A stretch of DNA of 9,991 nt. Origin: Longivirga aurantiaca (lineage in GTDB: Bacteria; Actinomycetota; Actinomycetes; S36-B12; CAIYMF01). Each line of letters begins with the position of its first letter. Position 1 is the first letter of the stretch. A program made the translations under genes and the position numbers. A model generated the notes under the pieces. That model was not told where the DNA came from. It ran no database searches and saw only the letters and a list, made by a program, of their open reading frames with translations. Where the stretch lies: assembly GCF_042660085.1 (NCBI RefSeq), contig NZ_JBHSTI010000038.1, positions 1 through 9,991 on the forward strand, written 5' to 3'. Positions 1 to 7,024 of the stretch are shown in pieces.

Positions 1-49
1 GATGGCTCGACATTCGTCGTCGGCGTGCACCGATCTCCCTGCCAGGCCC

Positions 50-503
50 CGTCGTCGCTGCGGTTGCCCGCTGCGTCGCCGTCGGAGGTTGCCCTCCGCT
101 GGACCCGGTGGTCGTGCTCGGTGCTGTCGAGGTGTGAAAGAGCCGGCACGTCGGTGCTGCGGTTGCCCGCGTCATCGGCGACGGGTTGCCCCGCTGCCTG
201 CTTCGCCTTCCTCGACTGCCTCCCACTCCGGCCGGCCCGTCGTCGCCCTGGTCTCCCAGGCCGTCGCCGTCGGAGTTGCCTCCGGTGGCCCGCCCTCGTG
301 CTCGGCGTCCGCGTCGCTCCTCGCCGGGCCGCTCGGTCGGCTGGTCTCCCAGCCGTCCGCCGTCCGGAGTCTCCTCCGGCTGGCCCGCCGTCTCGCTCGG
401 CGTGCGCATCGCTCCTCGCCGGGCCGCTCGGTCGGCTGGTCTCCCAGCCGTCCGCCGTCCGGAGTCTCCTCCGGCTGGCCCGCCGTCTCGCTCTGCGGTG
501 GCG
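50..503. repeat. Degenerate tandem repeat array, about 5 units, period about 91-99 bp
   Basis: 314-398 and 409-493 are identical over 85 bp (TCGCTCCTCGCCGGGCCGCTCGGTCGGCTGGTCTCCCAGCC...GCCGTCTCGCTC), period 95. A diverged unit around 220-313 shares CTGGTCTCCCAG..CCGTCGCCGTCGGAGTTGCCTCCGG. Two more diverged units begin near 57 and 156 with the shared 5' core GCTGCGGTTGCCCGC. Confidence 0.8.
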
Positions 504-873
504 TAGTTCTATTCCTGTTTCGGCAAGCGGCACAAGGGGTTTCAGCGAAGTTTTCTGACGAGTTTCTGTGCCCACAAGATGTGCACAGGGTTGGCGCTGT
601 TCATGCACCGGATGTCCCCATGTTGTCCCCACCTTCATGCACAGGCTGAGAACTACCGGTGCCCCCGACCCCCTTCCGTCTGTTTGCGATGAAGGGCTGG
701 GCCCCCGCCGGGCGACGATGGGCGAAGCCCTCGTGCGGTAGGGGACTTCGTTGCCAAGAGCGCAAGAAAGTGGACCTTCATCGGTAGCGAGGGGCTGCGT
801 CGGCGGCGTGCGCGCGGCAGGATCGGCGACGTCGACGTCAGCGCTGACGCCGTACCCGGAGAGAGGCGGTCCC

Positions 874-1407
874 ATGGGTCTCGAGCGCCCCGTCATGGTC
901 AACCCGTACGACTACCTGCCGCCGGTGGCGTCGTTCACCGTGACCAGCACCGACGTGGTCGACGGCGAGCAGGTCGACCTCGCCTTCGTGCACGACTCGG
1001 CCGGCGGGTCGAACGTGTCGCCGCAGCTCGCGTGGTCGGGCTTCCCCGACGGCACGCAGAGCTTCGTCGTGACGTGCTTCGACCCGGACGCGCCGATCCC
1101 GTCCGGCTTCTGGCACTGGACCGTGGTCGACGTGCCGCTGGCGGTGACGTCGTTCGACCAGGGCGCCGGGGCGTCCGACGCGACGCTGCCCGGCGGGTTC
1201 CACGTGCGGACGGACTTCGGCTCGGCGTCGTACGGCGGCTGCGCCCCTCCGCCCGGCGACCACCCGCACCGGTACTTCTTCGTCGTGCACGCGGTCGACG
1301 TGCCCAGCCTCGGGGTCGACGCCTCGGTGTCGCCGGCCGTGGTCGGCTTCAACCTGGCCTTCCACACCCTCGGCCGCGCGATCATCGCGCCGACCTACCG
1401 CCACTGA
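874..1407 (+). CDS. YbhB/YbcL family Raf kinase inhibitor-like protein (PEBP family)
   Basis: The internal ATG at 874 is preceded by the purine-rich GGAGAGAGG. The translation contains PEBP hallmarks (SPQLAWSGFPDGTQSFVVTCFDPDAP, GFWHWTVVDVP, YGGCAPPPGDHPHRYFFVVHAVD). Stop TGA is at 1405-1407. The listed TTG start at 751 adds a non-family N-terminus. Confidence 0.94.
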   Translation: MGLERPVMVNPYDYLPPVASFTVTSTDVVDGEQVDLAFVHDSAGGSNVSPQLAWSGFPDGTQSFVVTCFDPDAPIPSGFWHWTVVDVPLAVTSFDQGAGASDATLPGGFHVRTDFGSASYGGCAPPPGDHPHRYFFVVHAVDVPSLGVDASVSPAVVGFNLAFHTLGRAIIAPTYRH

Positions 1408-1424
1408 CGGGCCCCCCGCCGACC

Positions 1425-1498
1425 GCACGTTCGGGCCCTGTGGGTCGATCACGGGGGTTCAACTGCCTCCGATGACCCCTGCTCGTGATCTTGGTGGC
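1425..1498. repeat. Dispersed direct repeat, copy A (74 bp)
   Basis: Ungapped alignment to 5077-5150 gives about 61/74 identity, including shared blocks GGGTCGATCA, ACTGCCTCCG, TGACCC and CTCGTGATCTTG. Confidence 0.75.
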
Positions 1499-1500
1499 CC

Positions 1501-1659
1501 TCAGCCGGTGGCGCGGGTGTCGGTCCAGCCGGGGCCGCAGAGGTCGCCGCCGTCGCAGCACGGCTGCAGGTAGAAGCAGACCGGGCACTGGTCCTTGCCG
1601 CCCTTGCGCACGAGGTCGGCGCGCTCGCACTGGGGGCACTGGCCGGGGCTCTGGAACAT
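1501..1659 (-). CDS. Small Cys-rich zinc-ribbon-like hypothetical protein (about 52 aa)
   Basis: The translation MFQSPGQCPQCERADLVRKGGKDQCPVCFYLQPCCDGGDLCGPGWTDTRATG has CPxC...CPxC motifs plus CC and C. Stop is TGA (reverse of 1501-1503). The start is uncertain: there is no clear SD, and an upstream in-frame start at 1722 exists. Confidence 0.65.
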   Translation of the reverse strand: MFQSPGQCPQCERADLVRKGGKDQCPVCFYLQPCCDGGDLCGPGWTDTRATG

Positions 1660-1749
1660 GCGGGCGAGCGTACGAGCGATAGCCCGGCGTCCGGCGACGA
1701 CACACCACGAGGCCGCACGCACGACCCCAGCGGGACCTCTCGGCGTACG

Positions 1750-1811
1750 CGAGTTACTGCCCAGATGGTCGTTGAAGCAGGCTCTTCAGCGACCATCTGG
1801 GCAGTAACTCG
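1750..1811 (-). terminator. Long inverted repeat/hairpin, copy 1 of a two-member family; possible terminator or 3' stem-loop of the Gfo/Idh/MocA gene
   Basis: CGAGTTACTGCCCAGATGGTCG (1750-1771) is perfectly complementary to 1790-1811. The stem continues through one T-G pair and TGAAG/CTTCA to a 6-nt loop, for 28 pairs. It begins 22 nt after the stop of the minus-strand gene. No T-tract follows. Confidence 0.6.
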
Positions 1812-1833
1812 AGGAACTCGGGGTGCGGCGTGG

Positions 1834-2832
1834 TCAGTCGAGGCCGGGGTAGGTGAGGCCGATCTGGCGCCGGACCTCGTCGAGGGTCTCCATGATCGAG
1901 ACGGTCTCGTCGAGCGGCAGGCGGGGCGACTCGGTCAGCCCGGCGCGCAGGCACCGGCCGACCTCGGCCGCCTGGTAGCGCAGGCCGTGGCCCGGCTCGT
2001 CGAACGAGTGCACCTCGGGCTCGCCGTCCTCGCGCCCGACGCGCGGGATCACGCGGAACGAGCCGGGGCGGTAGAAGACGCCGTCGATCTCGATGCGTCC
2101 CTCGCGGCCGACGATGACCGCGTGGCACTCGCTCTGGCCGCGCAGGGTCGTCGTGAGCACCGCGTGGGCGCCGCCGTCGAACTGCAGGATCATCGAGGTC
2201 TGGCCGTCGACCCCGGTGAATGCCGCGTCGCTCGCCGCGGTGATCGCGCGCGGCGTGCCGAGCAGCATGTGGGCGTACGACACCGGGTAGATGCCGAGGT
2301 CGAGCAGCGCGCCGCCGCCGAGCTCGGGGGCGAACAGGCGGAACTCGGGGTCGTCGGCGAACCACTGGCCGTGCTCCGCAGTGACGAGGACGATGTCGCC
2401 GATGCGGCCCGACTCGACGATCTCGCGGATCGCGAGCGTGCGCGGCAGGTGCCGCGTCCACATGGCCTCCATGAGGAACGTGCCGCGCGCGCGGGCCGCC
2501 TCCACGAGCGAGCGCGCCTCGGCGGCGTTCATCGTGAACGGCTTCTCGACCAGCACGGCCTTGCCCGCCTCGATCGCGAGCAGCGCGGCGTCGTGGTGGC
2601 CGGGGTGCGGCGTCGCGACGTAGACCGCGTCGACGTCGGGGTCCGCCGCCAGCGCGGCGTACGACGGATGCCGGTGCGCGACGCCGTGCTCGTCGCCGAA
2701 CCGGTCGGCGCTCTCCTGGCTGCGCGAGCCGACGGCGACGACCTCGGCGTCACCGAGCAGCGCGAGATCGCGCACGAAGGCCGCGGCGATACCGCCGGTG
2801 CCGATGACTCCCCAACGGATGGTGTCGCTCAT
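1834..2832 (-). CDS. Gfo/Idh/MocA family oxidoreductase
   Basis: MSDTIRWGVIGTGGIAAAFVRDL (Rossmann GxGxxA-like), EKPFTMNAAEA and GGGALLDLGIYPVSYA are typical of the family. ATG is at 2832-2830; the upstream start at 2865 looks non-native. Confidence 0.93.
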   Translation of the reverse strand: MSDTIRWGVIGTGGIAAAFVRDLALLGDAEVVAVGSRSQESADRFGDEHGVAHRHPSYAALAADPDVDAVYVATPHPGHHDAALLAIEAGKAVLVEKPFTMNAAEARSLVEAARARGTFLMEAMWTRHLPRTLAIREIVESGRIGDIVLVTAEHGQWFADDPEFRLFAPELGGGALLDLGIYPVSYAHMLLGTPRAITAASDAAFTGVDGQTSMILQFDGGAHAVLTTTLRGQSECHAVIVGREGRIEIDGVFYRPGSFRVIPRVGREDGEPEVHSFDEPGHGLRYQAAEVGRCLRAGLTESPRLPLDETVSIMETLDEVRRQIGLTYPGLD

Positions 2833-2895
2833 GCCGCCATCCAACCGTGCCGCCGCTCGTCGCACACGCCGTCGCGGTCTCGGGGTGAGGAGCCG

Positions 2896-5016
2896 CTACA
2901 GGGCGGTGGCGTGGATGAGGGTGGCCTGCTCGGGCACGTGCACGCCCATGGGCAGGCCCACCTCGGCCAGGACGTCGCCCGCCACCTCGATCGGGGCGTC
3001 GTACCACGACGGGTGGTGCCGCTGCATGTCCCAGTTCGCACCCGGCAGGAGCACCCGCTCCACGCGGTAGCGGCGGGCGGGGTCGAGGCCCACCAGCCGC
3101 GCGGGCACCGGCACCGTCAGGGCGGACGCGGTGAGCTGCGCATAGGCGAACAGAGCCTCGGAGCCGTCACGGGCGACCACCCCGTGCACCAGCGCGCTCG
3201 GGTCGGCGTGGTCCACCCGCACGACGCGACCGGTGTGCAGCAGCGATCGGAACCGCTTGTGCACCTCGATCACCTGCGCCACACCGGCTCGGTCCTCGTC
3301 GCTCGCGGCCGAGAGGTTCCACTCGAAACCCAGGTGCCCGAAGAGCGCCGTGGCGGCGCGGAACGGGAGGGTCTGCGTGCGCGCGGTGGTGTGCGACCAC
3401 GCGCCGCCGACGTGCGCGCCCATGAGCTCGGGCGGCAGCAGGTAGGAGAACCCGCGCTGGATGGTCTGGCGCTCGAGCGCGTCGTTGCAGTCCGAGGTCC
3501 AGAAGCGGTCCGTCCGAGCGGCGATCCCGAGGTCGATCCGCCCGCCTCCGGCCGAGCACGACTCGATCTCGAGCCCGGGGTGACGCCGCTTCAGCTCGTC
3601 GAGCAGCGCGTACAGCGCCAGCGTCTGACGGCGTACGCCGGCCACGCCGCCGCGGTGGGCGGCCGCGACGAGCTCGCGGTTGTGGTCCCACTTCAGGTAC
3701 GTGATCGGGTGCTCGGCGAGCAGCGCGTCGAGCCGCTCGAGCAGGTAGTCGAAGGCCTCGGTGCGGCCGAGGTCGAGCACGAGCTGGTTGCGGCCGAGGA
3801 GCGGCTCGTAGCCGTCGACGTGCAGCACCCAGTCGGGGTGGGCGCGGTAGAGGTCGCTGTTGGGGTTGACCATCTCGGGCTCGACCCACAGGCCGAACTC
3901 GAGCCCGAGCCCGACGACGTGGTCGGCCAGCTCGCCCAGGCCGCGGGGGTACTTGCGCGTGTCGACGTACCAGTGGCCCAGCGACGACGTGTCGTCGTCG
4001 CGCTCGCCGAACCAGCCGTCGTCGAGCACGAACCTCTCGACGCCCACTGCGGCGGCGTCGTCGGCGAGGCGTTGCAGCGCGGCCACGTCGTGGTTGAAGT
4101 AGACGGCCTCCCACGTGTTGAGCAGCACCGGTCGCGGAGCCTTCGGGTGGGACGGACGTGCGCGGACGTGGTCGTGGAACTGCTGGCTCGCGGTGGTGAG
4201 GCCCGACCCCGACCACGTGCCGAGCACCGTGGGCGCCTCGTACGTCTCGCCGGGCTCCAGCATGCCCTCGCCCGGCAGGAGGAGGTCGGACGCCGACAGC
4301 ACGCGGCGACCGTCGGGCAGGGTCTCGACGACGAGCCGGTGGTTGCCGCTCCACGCGAGGTGCGCGAGCCAGACCTCGCCCCTCTGCTCGGAGAAGGCGG
4401 GGGTGCCGATCCCGATCGTGGGCCACGACTCGTGCGACGTGCGCCCGCGGCGGCTCTCACGGACGAGCGCGTACGGGCCGAGGGCGTGGCGAGCGCTGTG
4501 CATCTCGTGCGCCCAGCGGCCGGTCAGCGTCATCGCCTCGGACGCACGTGCGGGGAGGGGGATCGTGGGCGCGAGCGAGTCGAGCGTGTAGCGGTCGACG
4601 CCGTCGTTCGTGAGCGACGACGCCACCGACAGCACGCCGTGCTCGTCGAGCGCGACCACGAGCGTGACCGAGATGCCCGCTATCGCGTCCGCCCCTGTCC
4701 AGGTGAGCGACGCCGGATCGGCGGCCGACGACGTACGGCGCAGCAGCGGTGCCCAGGCGGTGCCGTCGGGCCGGTGGCCGCTGATCCCGCCGTACGCCGC
4801 CCAGCCGCGCACATGCTCGGGCAGGAGGGACAACGGCGTGACCGTGTCGAGGCCGCCGTTGGGGATCGAGGCGTCGAGGAGGGCCTCGATCGCGGCGGGC
4901 TCGACCGCGCCGTCGCCCAGGCGCCGCCCCCAGTGCAGGACGCGCGGGACGTCGTCGTCGTGCGTCAGCAGGACGGTCGTGGTCGCCGAGTGCAGGGCGT
5001 GGAAGCGCGATGTCAC
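2896..5016 (-). CDS. Alpha-galactosidase, glycoside hydrolase family 36
   Basis: GH36/clan D motifs: VLDDGWFGERDDDTSSLGHWYVDTRKYPRGL, YLKWDHNREL (nucleophile Asp context), ESCSAGGGRIDLG, RFWTSDCNDALERQTIQRG and LPPELMGAHVGG. Stop is TAG at 2896-2898. Chosen start is GTG at 5016; the ORF is open upstream to 5052, so the start is uncertain. Confidence 0.95.
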   Translation of the reverse strand: MTSRFHALHSATTTVLLTHDDDVPRVLHWGRRLGDGAVEPAAIEALLDASIPNGGLDTVTPLSLLPEHVRGWAAYGGISGHRPDGTAWAPLLRRTSSAADPASLTWTGADAIAGISVTLVVALDEHGVLSVASSLTNDGVDRYTLDSLAPTIPLPARASEAMTLTGRWAHEMHSARHALGPYALVRESRRGRTSHESWPTIGIGTPAFSEQRGEVWLAHLAWSGNHRLVVETLPDGRRVLSASDLLLPGEGMLEPGETYEAPTVLGTWSGSGLTTASQQFHDHVRARPSHPKAPRPVLLNTWEAVYFNHDVAALQRLADDAAAVGVERFVLDDGWFGERDDDTSSLGHWYVDTRKYPRGLGELADHVVGLGLEFGLWVEPEMVNPNSDLYRAHPDWVLHVDGYEPLLGRNQLVLDLGRTEAFDYLLERLDALLAEHPITYLKWDHNRELVAAAHRGGVAGVRRQTLALYALLDELKRRHPGLEIESCSAGGGRIDLGIAARTDRFWTSDCNDALERQTIQRGFSYLLPPELMGAHVGGAWSHTTARTQTLPFRAATALFGHLGFEWNLSAASDEDRAGVAQVIEVHKRFRSLLHTGRVVRVDHADPSALVHGVVARDGSEALFAYAQLTASALTVPVPARLVGLDPARRYRVERVLLPGANWDMQRHHPSWYDAPIEVAGDVLAEVGLPMGVHVPEQATLIHATAL

Positions 5017-5076
5017 GACGCAACCCTGCCGCACCTGCCCGGCCCACCGCACACGGACCTCGGCTCGCGCCGCGCT

Positions 5077-5150
5077 GCACCTTCTGGCCCCTTGGGTCGA
5101 TCAACGCAGTTCGACTGCCTCCGTTGACCCGTACTCGTGATCTTGATGGC
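5077..5150. repeat. Dispersed direct repeat, copy B (74 bp)
   Basis: Pairs without gaps to 1425-1498 (about 82% identity) and contains GGGTC[GATC]AACG...CGTTGACCC, a 9-bp stem with a 4-nt bulge. Confidence 0.75.
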
Positions 5151-5177
5151 GTACGCCGGCCTCAGGGCGCCCGCATG

Positions 5178-5218
5178 CCGGTGCCCCCGGCCGCGGCGTA
5201 CGCGATCGGGGGCACCGG
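5178..5218 (-). terminator. Hairpin downstream of the pirin gene, candidate terminator
   Basis: CCGGTGCCCCCG (5178-5189) is perfectly complementary to CGGGGGCACCGG (5207-5218), a 12-bp stem with a 17-nt loop, 6 nt after the minus-strand stop at 5225. No T-tract. Confidence 0.5.
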
Positions 5219-5224
5219 GAGGGG

Positions 5225-6199
5225 TCAGGCGCGGAAGGGCTGGATGCCGTCCGGCGGGACGGTGCCGAGGCGGCCGGCCTGGAAGTCCTCGAAGGCCTGC
5301 ACGAGCTCGCGCTGGGTGTTCATGACGAACGGGCCGTGCCACGCGATCGGCTGGCGGATCGGCTCGCCGCCGAGGATCACGACGTCGAGGCCGCCGAGAC
5401 GGCTCTCCTGCGTCGGGTCGGCGTTCACCGTGAGGGTCGCGCCGGGGCCGAAGACCGCGAGCTGGCCGGTCGTGATCGGGCGCTTCTCCTCGCCGACCGT
5501 GCCGGTGCCGGAGAGCACGTACACGAGCGCGTTGAAGTCCTGGCGCCACGGGATCGTCATCTGCGCGCCGCTGGAGATCGAGGCGTGCACCATCGCCATC
5601 GGCGTGTGGGTCGAGCCGGGGCCGGTGTGGCCGCCGACGTCGCCGGCGATGACGCGCAGCAGCGCGCCGCCGTCGTCGCTCGAGAGCAGCAGCACCTCGC
5701 TGGCGCGGAGGTCCTGGTACTTCGGCGCGCTCATCTTGGCCTCGCGCGGGAGGTTGACCCAGAGCTGCAGGCCGTGGAACAGGCCGCCGCTCATGACGAG
5801 CGACTCGGGCGGGGTCTCGATGTGCAGCAGGCCGGAACCCGCGGTCATCCACTGCGTGTCGCCGTTGGTGATCGAGCCTCCGCCGCCGTGCGAGTCCTGG
5901 TGGATGAACGAGCCGTCCATGATGTAGGTGACGGTCTCGAAGCCGCGGTGCGGGTGCCACGGGGTGCCCTTGGGCTCGCCCGGCGCGTACTCCACCTCGC
6001 CCATCTGATCCATCATGATGAACGGGTCGAGCACCTCGGCCGCGACTCCGGCGAACGCGCGACGGACGGGGAAGCCCTCGCCCTCGAAGCCGGTCGGTGC
6101 CGTGGTGATGCTGCGGACGGGTCGTGCCGGCGCGAGGCCCGGGTCGGGGCGCCGCACGCGCGGCAGCACGGTGATGTCGTCGACGGTGACGGCGGGCAT
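5225..6199 (-). CDS. Pirin family protein
   Basis: Contains the pirin cupin signature WHPHRGFETVTYIMDGSFIHQDSHG...ITNGDTQWMTAGSGLLHIE. ATG at 6199-6197 has a strong SD (GGAGG) just upstream, giving MPAVTVDDITVLPRV. Confidence 0.95.
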   Translation of the reverse strand: MPAVTVDDITVLPRVRRPDPGLAPARPVRSITTAPTGFEGEGFPVRRAFAGVAAEVLDPFIMMDQMGEVEYAPGEPKGTPWHPHRGFETVTYIMDGSFIHQDSHGGGGSITNGDTQWMTAGSGLLHIETPPESLVMSGGLFHGLQLWVNLPREAKMSAPKYQDLRASEVLLLSSDDGGALLRVIAGDVGGHTGPGSTHTPMAMVHASISSGAQMTIPWRQDFNALVYVLSGTGTVGEEKRPITTGQLAVFGPGATLTVNADPTQESRLGGLDVVILGGEPIRQPIAWHGPFVMNTQRELVQAFEDFQAGRLGTVPPDGIQPFRA

Positions 6200-6250
6200 C
6201 GCAGACCTCCAGCAGGCCGGGTTCCGGTCGCGCACCGGGCGGCGCGCATC

Positions 6251-6268
6251 TAGTTCAATGCTCAACTA
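6251..6268. promoter_or_regulatory. Candidate operator: imperfect inverted repeat TAGTTCAATGCTCAACTA upstream of pirin
   Basis: TAGTT...AACTA half-sites lie about 52 bp upstream of the pirin ATG. The arms are short, so this is tentative. Confidence 0.25.
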
Positions 6269-6420
6269 TCAGCACATGTTCCCGATCGCGCAAGTCGATC
6301 ACGCCGTGCCCCGCGCCGCCGAGCCTTCGCCGTACGTCGTGATGGCCAGAATTGTTCGGCTCTATGGGATGAAGGTCGCCTTCATCCACTAGAGCCGGAC
6401 GAATGGTCCCTTCATCGCGA

Positions 6421-6456
6421 ACGGCCGCCCGGGACCGTGGGGTCCGGGGCGGCCGT
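6421..6456 (-). terminator. GC-rich hairpin downstream of osmC, candidate terminator
   Basis: ACGGCCGCCC-G-GGACC / GGTCC-G-GGGCGGCCGT pair with a single G/G mismatch and a 4-nt loop (GTGG), 22 nt after the osmC stop. No T-tract. Confidence 0.5.
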
Positions 6457-6478
6457 CGTGCGGTGCTGGGGTGCGGGA

Positions 6479-6922
6479 TCAGGCGTCGAGCAGGGTGGCC
6501 TCGACGCTGATGTCCTCGACGCCGGCGAGGGCGCGGCTGATGATGCAGCCGGCCTTGGCGGTCGCCGCGGCCTCGGCGAAGCGTGCCTGGTCAACGCCCG
6601 GGACGACGCCGTCCACCGAGATCACGATCTTCGTGATGGCCTGCTGGCCCGCGGCGTTCTTGTCGAGGGTCACCTCGGCGCTCGCGGCCAGCGAGGTCGG
6701 CGGCGTGCCGGCCTTGGACAGCTCGTTCGACAGCGACATCGCGAAGCACGCGGAGTGGGCGGCGGCTACGAGCTCCTCGGGGCTCGTCTGGCCCTCGGGC
6801 TCGCCGGCGCGGCGCGGGAAGGTCACGGGGAACTGGCCGGCGTCGCTGGAGTCGAGCGACACGACGCCGTTGCCGGTCATCAGGTCACCGGTCCACGAGG
6901 TGGATGCGTCACGAACGGGCAC
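6479..6922 (-). CDS. osmC: OsmC family peroxiredoxin
   Basis: The translation from GTG 6922 is (V/M)PVRDASTSWTGDLMTGNGVVSLDSS...EELVAAAHSACFAMSLSNEL...AKAGCIISRAL, with the two conserved Cys contexts of OsmC. GGAG lies 5 nt upstream of the GTG. The upstream extension to 7039 overlaps hairpin 2 and is probably not translated. Confidence 0.92.
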   Translation of the reverse strand: MPVRDASTSWTGDLMTGNGVVSLDSSDAGQFPVTFPRRAGEPEGQTSPEELVAAAHSACFAMSLSNELSKAGTPPTSLAASAEVTLDKNAAGQQAITKIVISVDGVVPGVDQARFAEAAATAKAGCIISRALAGVEDISVEATLLDA

Positions 6923-7024
6923 AGGTGCTCCAAGGGTCAGGGGTACGGGGGAGGACGTACGACTGAGGTAACCCTTCCTCAGCCGCCGTTGTTCCGCGAA
7001 CGCGCTGCGCACCGACCGACTCTC

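Noticed and set aside
50-503. Possible CRISPR array
   Set aside because: There are no short direct repeats separated by unique spacers; the whole unit of about 95 bp is duplicated and diverging. No cas genes are present.
2-649. 215-aa + strand ORF across the tandem array (also 25..558 and 186..506)
   Set aside because: Several frames are open simultaneously, composition is biased, and the repeat period is not divisible by three. No SD or domain supports translation.
838-1452. 204-aa minus ORF antisense to the PEBP gene
   Set aside because: No family motif; the + strand frame has SD and PEBP signatures.
3167-4426. Large minus-strand ORFs in other frames inside the GH36 gene (3167..4426 and 3693..4460)
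   Set aside because: Out-of-frame R/A/S-rich translations; the 2896-5016 frame carries the catalytic motifs.
1765-5127. 1120-aa + strand ORF covering both minus-strand enzyme genes
   Set aside because: It is exactly antisense to two genes with clear family motifs. Its translation is low-complexity (R/A/G/V/E/H-rich) with no recognisable domain. Long shadow ORFs are expected at this GC content.
1425-5150. Transposon or integron bounded by the repeat pair
   Set aside because: No transposase, integrase or target-site duplication is visible. Kept only as a hypothesis about dispersed repeats.
5336-6253. 305-aa + strand ORF antisense to pirin
   Set aside because: Shadow ORF of a high-GC gene; the pirin frame has the SD and conserved cupin motifs.
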